In this document: positions 39,808 through 47,902 of the stretch, piece after piece
Layout: every line of letters begins with the position of its first letter
How positions within the stretch are numbered: position 1 is the first letter of the stretch
From: Spartobacteria bacterium
GTDB taxonomy: Bacteria; Verrucomicrobiota; Kiritimatiellia; CAIQIC01; Lenti-01
DNA: 47,902 nucleotides
Assembly: GCA_009930415.1 (NCBI GenBank)
Contig: RZYG01000002.1
Location: 1 to 47,902, forward strand
Direction of reading: 5' to 3'
Translations under genes and position numbers: made by a program
Notes under the pieces: generated by a model
Told to the model about the DNA's origin: nothing
Databases searched by the model: none
What the model saw: only the letters and a program-made list of their open reading frames with translations

Positions 39808-42474
39808 ATGGAACCCCCAGCCGCCAACCCAACTTCGGCCGCGCCCGACCTGCCGGGCGACCTGCAGTCGCCGCCCCACGCCACCCTTCGCGGCCCGCCG
39901 ACGGGCTACCTGCTCTACGACATCGACCCCAACCGGATTCCGACGGAAACCATCGCCCAAGGCGGGCGGCGCCTCGTCGTGGATGCCGCCGGCGGTCCCG
40001 CCGAACCTTCGCCCGACGATCGCACGCACTACGAAGTCATCGACAAAATCAGCGAAGGCGGCGCCGGCATCGTGTTCAGCGTCGAGGACAAAACCCTGCG
40101 GCGCGAAGTCGCCCTGAAGATCTGCCGCGCGGGAATCACGACCGATCCGGCCACCACGCAAGTGGCCGGCGAATTCACCAACGAAGCCTACATGACGGCC
40201 CGCCTCGACCATCCCGGCGTCGTGCCTATCTACGCGCTCGCCAAGGACGCCGACGGCCGGCCGTTCTTCGCCATGAAGAAGGTGACCGGCACGAACTGGA
40301 AGGAACTGCTTCATCCGAAAACCGTCGCGGATCCCGCGCGCCGCGCGGCGCTCGCCGCGCGCGCCGCCCAAACGACGTGGAAAGACCATCTCCTCATCTT
40401 GCTGAAAGTCTGCGACGCCGTGGCCTATGCCCACAGCAAGTCCATCCTGCACCGCGACCTCAAGCCGGAAAACGTCATGCTCGGCGACTTCGGCGAGGTC
40501 TACGTCATGGACTGGGGCCTCGCGCTGTATTTCGACGAGCGCAACGAATACCGGCGTTTCCCGCAGCTCCGGCCGCAGCTGGCCGGCACGCCTTGCTACA
40601 TCGCCCCGGAAATGGTCCGCGGCGAACTCGCCGGCTTGGGACCCGCCAGCGACGTCTATCTCCTCGGAGGCATCCTCTACGAAATCCTGACCGGTCGGCC
40701 GCCCCACGACGGCGGCACCATCCTGGACATTCTCAAACAGGTCGCCGCCGGCCACGTGCCGCCGTTCGAGGCCATCGAGCGATCGACCGTCAGCCCGCCG
40801 GCGTTCGCGAACGTCGTGCGCAAGGCCCTCGCCCCGCGCGCCGCGGACCGCTATTCCACCGTGCTCGCGTTCCAGCAGGACTTGCGCGACGTGCTCGCCC
40901 ATTCCGAATCCATGGCCGTCGACCGGCGCGCGGCGGAACTCCTCGCCGACCTCCGGCGCGACCTGCTGGCCGGCGCGGAGACCGCCGCCCCCCTGAAGAC
41001 GCTGGACAAGGAAACCGCGGCCGGTGTCTACGGCCGGCTTTCCGAATGCATCGGCGGTTTCCGGCAGGCCCTCGGACTTTGGATCGGCAACGCCGCCGCC
41101 CGCCGCGGCCTGGTGGACGCCGTGGTGCTGCAAATCCGCTTGGCCGTTTGCCAAGACGACCTTCTGCTGGCGCGGGCCCAGCTTCGCGTGCTGGCGGAAC
41201 TGGCAACGGCCCGCGACGATTCCCCGCCGACGGACGAGGCCCGCGCGCAGGCCCAGGAGCTCGCCGGCCGCATCGAACGCCGCCAAGGGGAACTCGACCG
41301 CGCGGCGCGCCGCGCGCGGGGATGGAAAATCGCGGCGGGCGGACTGTTCCTGCTCGCGTTGGCCGGACTGGCCGGCATCGCCGTCCTGAGCGTCCGGCAG
41401 CGCGCCCTCGCCGTCCGCAACGAACAGGACATGTTCGCGGCCTCCGTCGCCGGACGCGCCCAGATGCTCGAACAGTTCCTCGTCGGCATCGAACAGATCG
41501 CCGCCCTCTATCGCCGGACCGCCGTCGAACTGATGACCGCCCCCGCCGATCGCCTGCCCCATCGCGACCCCACCCCCGCCGGCCGCGATGGTTTCTACAC
41601 CGACGAAGATTTCGCCGCGCCGGCCACCCGCCCACCGCGGCTCGAAACGTTGCCGCGCTATCCCGTTCCGCTTTCGCTGGAATATCCCACGGTCGTCCAT
41701 TCACCGTGGGCGCGGCAAGAGGCGAACCGCGCCGCGGCCGACCGCGCCGCCGCCCGGCTGAGCCGCCTCGGTTCCCTGTTCGGGCATTTCCACCGCATGC
41801 GCGACGACCTCCGCTGGTCGCTGGCCGGGTCCGAATCGGGTCTGCTCGTCGGCTTCCCCGGATTCGCCCGCTATCGCGACAAGCCGGATTACGACGCCAC
41901 GAAGCGCGCGTGGTATCGCGCGGCCATCGATGCCGCCGACGACCGCCCCGTCTGGGGCCATCCCTACGCCGACGCCTCCACCCGGATGATCCTGATGAGT
42001 TGCATGTGCCGCATCCACGTGGACGGACAGAACGTCGGCGTCGTCGGCGTGGAAATCACCATGGCCTCGCTGCAGCGGATGCTGGTGGATTTTTCCAACG
42101 TCCTCGGCGGCAAACGCCGCGCGCTGCTTGTCCGGCCCTTTGCGGAAACGGACCCGCAAACCGGCGAACCTCGCACCGTCTATCGCGCCGTCGTGGACAC
42201 CCAATACCGCGAATCCGCCGCGGACTGGCAGACGCAACTGGAAATGGTCGACATCGAGCAAATGGATTCCGAATTGGCCGCCTACGTCCGCGGCATCCGC
42301 TCCGGCCGACATGCCCCCGGCCGCTGCCTCGAAATCGGTTCGCGATGGCTGGCCCACGCGCCCCTCCCCGACCGCGACTGGATTCTCGTGGCGATTCTCG
42401 ACCGCTCCGCCGCGCCCGCCCCAAAAGGGGTCAGTCCCGAAAAGGGGTCAGTCCCGTATTTTAGTATTTTTTAA
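39808..42474 (+). CDS. Hanks-type Ser/Thr protein kinase with TM helix and extracytoplasmic Cache-like sensor domain
   Basis: Start MEPPAANP. Kinase motifs GGAGIVF...VALK, HRDLKPENVM, DWGLA and GTPCYIAPE. TM helix IAAGGLFLLALAGLAGIAVL. The last 18 codons lie inside the inverted-repeat element at 42421. Confidence 0.85.
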   Translation: MEPPAANPTSAAPDLPGDLQSPPHATLRGPPTGYLLYDIDPNRIPTETIAQGGRRLVVDAAGGPAEPSPDDRTHYEVIDKISEGGAGIVFSVEDKTLRREVALKICRAGITTDPATTQVAGEFTNEAYMTARLDHPGVVPIYALAKDADGRPFFAMKKVTGTNWKELLHPKTVADPARRAALAARAAQTTWKDHLLILLKVCDAVAYAHSKSILHRDLKPENVMLGDFGEVYVMDWGLALYFDERNEYRRFPQLRPQLAGTPCYIAPEMVRGELAGLGPASDVYLLGGILYEILTGRPPHDGGTILDILKQVAAGHVPPFEAIERSTVSPPAFANVVRKALAPRAADRYSTVLAFQQDLRDVLAHSESMAVDRRAAELLADLRRDLLAGAETAAPLKTLDKETAAGVYGRLSECIGGFRQALGLWIGNAAARRGLVDAVVLQIRLAVCQDDLLLARAQLRVLAELATARDDSPPTDEARAQAQELAGRIERRQGELDRAARRARGWKIAAGGLFLLALAGLAGIAVLSVRQRALAVRNEQDMFAASVAGRAQMLEQFLVGIEQIAALYRRTAVELMTAPADRLPHRDPTPAGRDGFYTDEDFAAPATRPPRLETLPRYPVPLSLEYPTVVHSPWARQEANRAAADRAAARLSRLGSLFGHFHRMRDDLRWSLAGSESGLLVGFPGFARYRDKPDYDATKRAWYRAAIDAADDRPVWGHPYADASTRMILMSCMCRIHVDGQNVGVVGVEITMASLQRMLVDFSNVLGGKRRALLVRPFAETDPQTGEPRTVYRAVVDTQYRESAADWQTQLEMVDIEQMDSELAAYVRGIRSGRHAPGRCLEIGSRWLAHAPLPDRDWILVAILDRSAAPAPKGVSPEKGSVPYFSIF

Positions 42475-42589
42475 GGCGATACCCTGGTTTTGGGCGTGCC
42501 CGGCCGTCCATTCATCCAGCGGTTCCAGCTTCGCGGCTCGCCAATAATCACTAGAATACAGGACTGACCCCTTTTCTGACCCCTTTTGG
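42421..42589. repeat. MITE-like element with ~35-40 bp composite terminal inverted repeats
   Basis: Left end: CCAAAAGGGGTCAGTCCCGAAAAGGGGTCAGTCCCGTATT. The right end reverse-complements to CCAAAAGGGGTCAGAAAAGGGGTCAGTCCTGTATT. About 90-bp AT-richer core. The flanking GCCCGCC/GGCGGGC extends the symmetry to 42414-42599. Confidence 0.55.
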
Positions 42590-42601
42590 GTGGGCGGGCA
42601 T

Positions 42602-42627
42602 AAAAAAGCGCGGGATCGCGCCCGCGC
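42602..42627 (-). terminator. intrinsic terminator of the rpoD / ATP-cone kinase unit
   Basis: Minus sense: GCGCGGG-CGCGAT-CCCGCGC followed by TTTTTT, 23 nt after the stop at 42650. Confidence 0.7.
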
Positions 42628-42649
42628 CTCGTTCGGCCTTGCGGCCGGC

Positions 42650-43987
42650 TCAGTACTTGTACTGGCTACCGCCGATGAATTCGCGCAGGAGCGACTTCTT
42701 CGGCACGGGGCTGTCGTCCTCGACGGGCGTCAGGTCCTTCAAGGTGTCGTACACGCGCTTGGCGCGGACGTAGGCGTCCTGGCGCTTGGCGTCGTTCTTG
42801 AACTTCTCCATCGCCTCGGGGAAATACTTGAACAGCCGCGCCTTGAGGATCGGCAGTTCGAAGGGCATCGCGCTGTTGACCAGGTAGTCCACCGTCCCGA
42901 TGAACGGGATGATGTTGCGCAGCTCGCTGCGGCGCACGTAGTGCCAGTGGGTCAGCGTCTGCTCGGGCTGGAGGTTGCGGTGCCAGCTGTCGCGGATCAT
43001 GCGGCGCAGCAGGCGGTTGTCCGCCCAGCGCATGAACAGGCCCTCGTGGTTGCGCACCTGGCCGAGCGTCTCGATGTAGAGCTTGAACTTCTTTTCGTTC
43101 GGGGTGCTCTGGGTCATCTCGCCGTACAGGCCGTGCAGGGAGTCGATCAGCAGAATCTGGTTCGGCGCCAGCTTCATGTCGTAGACGCCGAGCTGCCGCT
43201 TGCCGGTCTTGAAGTCGTAGTGCGGCGTCTTGATCGTCTTGCCCGCCAGCAGGTCGGCGACGTGCTCGTCGATCAGCTTCAGGTCCAGGGCGTGCGGCGT
43301 CTCGTAGTCGTAGTCGCCGAATTCATCCCGGGGATGCTGTTCCAGGTTGAAAAAGTAGTGGTCGACGTTCAGCGCCAGGAACTCCTTGCCCGCCTCGGCC
43401 AGCTTTTCGCTGACCTTGATCGTGGTGGTGGTCTTGCTCGACGAGCTGGGCCCGGCGATGAAGAACACCCGGGCTTCCGGCAGACGTTCGATGAACTTCT
43501 CGGCGCCGGCGCGGACTTCCACGTCGTAGCGCTCTTCGCAGGCCGCGATCAGCTCGGGGAACTGGCCGGAGGCGATGATGTCGTTGAGGCCTTCCACGGT
43601 TTCGCAGCCGTGGTCCATGTTCCAGCGCAGCACCTCGTAGATCTTCTTGTACGGGATGTTGTCGGTGGCTTCGAACTTGTAGGCCCGCTGGGCGCGCGCC
43701 ATCTGCCGCTCGTGGCGGTAGAGAATGTAGGCCCGCGCCGTTTTGGCGTGGCCTTCCTTGATCAGGACTTCCTCGACGATGTCCTGGGTTTCCTCCACCG
43801 ACGGAATGCCGCCGGAGCCGTAGGTGCCTTCCAGTTTCTGCTCGACCAGCAAAGCCAGCCGGTCGGCCTCGGCGCGGTTGCTGCCGCCCACGGCCGCCGC
43901 CGCCTTGAAGATGGCCGTGCCGATGCGGTCGCGGTCGTAGGCCACGGTGGTGCCGTCGCGTTTCACGATCTGCTTGATGATGCTCAT
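42650..43987 (-). CDS. ATP-cone domain fused to a uridine-kinase/PRK-like P-loop kinase
   Basis: 445 aa. ATP-cone at the N-terminus (IVKRDGTTVAYDRDRIGTAI...ARAYILYRHER). P-loop FFIAGPSSSSKTTT. Walker B-like ILLIDSLHGLY. Confidence 0.7.
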   Translation of the reverse strand: MSIIKQIVKRDGTTVAYDRDRIGTAIFKAAAAVGGSNRAEADRLALLVEQKLEGTYGSGGIPSVEETQDIVEEVLIKEGHAKTARAYILYRHERQMARAQRAYKFEATDNIPYKKIYEVLRWNMDHGCETVEGLNDIIASGQFPELIAACEERYDVEVRAGAEKFIERLPEARVFFIAGPSSSSKTTTTIKVSEKLAEAGKEFLALNVDHYFFNLEQHPRDEFGDYDYETPHALDLKLIDEHVADLLAGKTIKTPHYDFKTGKRQLGVYDMKLAPNQILLIDSLHGLYGEMTQSTPNEKKFKLYIETLGQVRNHEGLFMRWADNRLLRRMIRDSWHRNLQPEQTLTHWHYVRRSELRNIIPFIGTVDYLVNSAMPFELPILKARLFKYFPEAMEKFKNDAKRQDAYVRAKRVYDTLKDLTPVEDDSPVPKKSLLREFIGGSQYKY

Positions 43988-44015
43988 GCGTCCTCCTGCG
44001 GGTCCGGTTCGTTTC

Positions 44016-45950
<1,935 letters not shown>

Positions 45951-45993
45951 AAGTAATGGTGGTGTGCCCCAGTGCTGGTGTTTTCAGCGGACA

Positions 45994-46060
45994 ATTTTAC
46001 AATATGTGTAAAATCCGAATGGCTGTCAAGCCAACTAGATGCGATTTTTCGCGATTTTTC
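45994..46060. promoter_or_regulatory. AT-rich inverted repeat plus tandem 10-mers in the rpoD/malE divergent region
   Basis: ATTTTACA-ATATG-TGTAAAAT (45994-46014). GCGATTTTTC x2 (46041-46060). Confidence 0.35.
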
Positions 46061-46117
46061 AGGGCCGGAACCGCTTTCCCGTTGCCTCTGCGCCCCCCCC
46101 GCCGCTATTCTGCCGCC

Positions 46118-47308
46118 GTGACCCGTTTCCGTCATGGCCTGCTGGGACTGCTACTCGCGGCCGCGCCCCTCCCGGCTCCGGCCTGGGAGCCCGGCGCGCT
46201 GCTGATCTGGATCAACGGCGACAAGGGCTACGCCGGCATCGCCGAAATCGGCCTCGTTTTCGAGAAAAACCTCGGCGTTCCCGTCGTCGTCGAACATCCC
46301 GAAGGCGCCACCGACAAGTTTTTCCACGCCGCCAAGAGCGGCAAAGGCCCCGACATCATGATCTGGGCCCACGACCGCCTCGGCGAATGGGCCGACACCG
46401 GCCTGCTCCTGCCCGTGGATCCCGATCCCGCCTTCGCCAACCGCATCTTCCCCAAGGCCCTCGCCGCCTTCACCCACCGCGGCCGCCTCTGGGGCTATCC
46501 CCTCGCCATGGAGTCCACCGGCCTCCTCTACAACAAAGACCTGATTTCCGAGGACGAAATTCCGGCGAATCTGGCCGATTGCGCGGCGCTCGTTCCCCGC
46601 TTGAGCCCCCGCGGCGCCGTGCCCATCCTCTGGGACTACAACAACGCCTATTTCACCTTCGGCCTGCTCGCCGCCGACGGCGGCTACATCTTCGGCCAGC
46701 GCCCCGACGGCGCCTACGACGTCGCCGACGTCGGCGTGGCCCACCCCGCGGCCGTCGCCGCCATGGAGGCCGTCGTCGGCCTCATCCAGGCCCAGGTCCT
46801 GCCCTCCAGCCTCTCCTACTCCGTCGCCGAAGCGCGGATGAACCAAGGCCAGCTCGCGATGTTCATCTCCGGGCCCTTCGCCTGGGAAAACCTCAGGAAA
46901 AGCGGCATCGATTTCGGCGTGACGACGATCCCCGGCGTGAACGGCCGGCCCGCCCGCCCGTTCGTCGGCGTGGTCGGCGCCGTCTTCAACCGCTCCAGCC
47001 CCAACCTCGATCTCGCCCAGGAATTCCTCGAACACTATCTCATCACCCCGCAAGGCCTCGACGCCATGGACCGGCACGTGCCCCTCGGCGTGCCCGCGCT
47101 CATCGACGCCTACCGCGCCAAAGCCGACGATCCGCTCATCGCCGGCTCGATGAAGAACATCGAGGTCGGCACGCTCATGCCCAACATCCCCCGGATGGGC
47201 GTCTTCTGGAGCGCCATGGAATCCGCCCTCGCCACCATCACCTCCGGCCGCGCCACCCCGCGCGCCGCCCTCGAAAACGCCCGGCAGCGCATGCTGCGGA
47301 AGCCCTGA
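46118..47308 (+). CDS. malE: maltose/maltodextrin-binding periplasmic protein
   Basis: Signal peptide from GTG 46118 (VTRFRHGLLGLLLAAAPLPAPA). MalE-like LLIWINGDKGY...GPDIMIWAHDRLGEWA...YPLAMESTGLLYNKDL. The start is uncertain. Confidence 0.8.
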   Translation: MTRFRHGLLGLLLAAAPLPAPAWEPGALLIWINGDKGYAGIAEIGLVFEKNLGVPVVVEHPEGATDKFFHAAKSGKGPDIMIWAHDRLGEWADTGLLLPVDPDPAFANRIFPKALAAFTHRGRLWGYPLAMESTGLLYNKDLISEDEIPANLADCAALVPRLSPRGAVPILWDYNNAYFTFGLLAADGGYIFGQRPDGAYDVADVGVAHPAAVAAMEAVVGLIQAQVLPSSLSYSVAEARMNQGQLAMFISGPFAWENLRKSGIDFGVTTIPGVNGRPARPFVGVVGAVFNRSSPNLDLAQEFLEHYLITPQGLDAMDRHVPLGVPALIDAYRAKADDPLIAGSMKNIEVGTLMPNIPRMGVFWSAMESALATITSGRATPRAALENARQRMLRKP

Positions 47309-47309
47309 G

Positions 47310-47902
47310 ATGGTCGCGCGGACGTTCAGCCGGATCCTGTGGGCGCTGCTGGTGGCCGGCGCGGCGCTGCTCGCCGCGCGGATGGCCTGGGCCGGCGCGC
47401 CGATTCTCGGCGCGGTCCTGTTCGCCGCCGCGGCGTTCGCGGCCTGGGTCTATACCTCCGCGCGCGCCCACGCCCCGCGCTACCTGTTGCCCGGTCTCGC
47501 CACCTTCGCCGTCTTCGTGCTGATGCCGCTGCTTTACACCGTCTACATCGCCTTCACCAATTTCAGCGGCGAACACCTCCTCTCGCAGGACCGCGTCCGC
47601 GCCTGGTTCGCGCAGGACGCCTACGCCCCCGACGAAGCCCGCTACGCCTTCCGGCTCCATCCCGCCGCCCGGCCCGGCCAATACCAGATCGTCGTGCCGA
47701 TGGGCAACGGCGACCTCGGGCCGAACCTCCTGATTTCCCGCCCGTTCACGCCGGCGGAAGCCGCGGCCGGCCAGCCCGTCGTCCTCGCGCTCAACATCGC
47801 CGCGCCCACCGCCAAGGCGCTGCCCCTGCGCGACGTCGTCGCCGCCCGCCCCTGGCTGAACGCGGCGCGCTTCTCGTTCCCCGGATCGCCCGTCCCGTTG
47901 CG
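47310..47902 (+). CDS. malF: maltose ABC transporter permease MalF-like (5' partial, continues beyond the window)
   Basis: ATG is 1 nt after the malE stop. MVARTFSRILWALLVAGAALL...PGLATFAVFVLMPLLYTVYIAFTNFSGEHLL resembles the MalF N-terminus. Open to the window end, so absent from the ORF track. Confidence 0.7.
   Translation, partial: MVARTFSRILWALLVAGAALLAARMAWAGAPILGAVLFAAAAFAAWVYTSARAHAPRYLLPGLATFAVFVLMPLLYTVYIAFTNFSGEHLLSQDRVRAWFAQDAYAPDEARYAFRLHPAARPGQYQIVVPMGNGDLGPNLLISRPFTPAEAAAGQPVVLALNIAAPTAKALPLRDVVAARPWLNAARFSFPGSPVPL

Overview
GC-rich bacterial chromosomal window, mostly core genes, with one clear accessory insertion. Core content: tRNA-Ser(GCT), add, a solute-binding lipoprotein, a HI0933-type flavoprotein, carB-carA (reversed order, 4-nt overlap), an M28 peptidase, a GIY-YIG protein, a DUF2238-like membrane protein and hydF overlapping mutL. 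It continues with a six-gene TPR-TPR-exbB-exbD-exbD operon ending in a TonB-like/prenyltransferase-repeat chimera, then an aldo-keto reductase / Cys-rich membrane protein / AmmeMemoRadiSam-type radical SAM trio, tRNA-Leu(TAA)-uraA and a CaCA antiporter. The last core genes are thrC, a Ser/Thr kinase with an extracytoplasmic sensor, an ATP-cone/uridine-kinase-like fusion behind rpoD, and malE-malF (malF runs off the window). Accessory content: a ~12 kb element (9720-21793) integrated into an initiator-like tRNA-Met gene and bounded by a perfect 54-bp direct repeat. All its genes are on the + strand: tyrosine integrase, truncated ATP-dependent ligase, AlpA/Xis-like HTH, ParB-like protein, AEP primase/SF3 helicase with an iteron-type origin inside its 3' end, a GpA-like large terminase and a C4 zinc-finger protein. 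I see no capsid, portal, tail, lysis or conjugation genes. This capsid-less island, which appears able to replicate and package, is my best candidate for an undescribed system (a phage-satellite-like element). The second candidate is the ExbBD-linked TonB-like protein whose C-terminal domain is replaced by a prenyltransferase/terpene-cyclase-like toroid. Non-coding structure includes three REPIN-like GTAG-headed palindrome doublets, a MITE-like inverted-repeat element that supplies the last 18 codons of the kinase, twin 18-bp palindromic boxes upstream of tRNA-Leu/uraA, and several intrinsic terminators. No rRNA, CRISPR array or IS transposase was seen. Gene content (hydF, radical SAM enzyme, K/A/P-tailed RpoD, prenyltransferase-repeat protein next to exbBD) hints at an anaerobic PVC-type host, but that is inference only. 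All family calls rest on motif recognition by eye; no searches were run.
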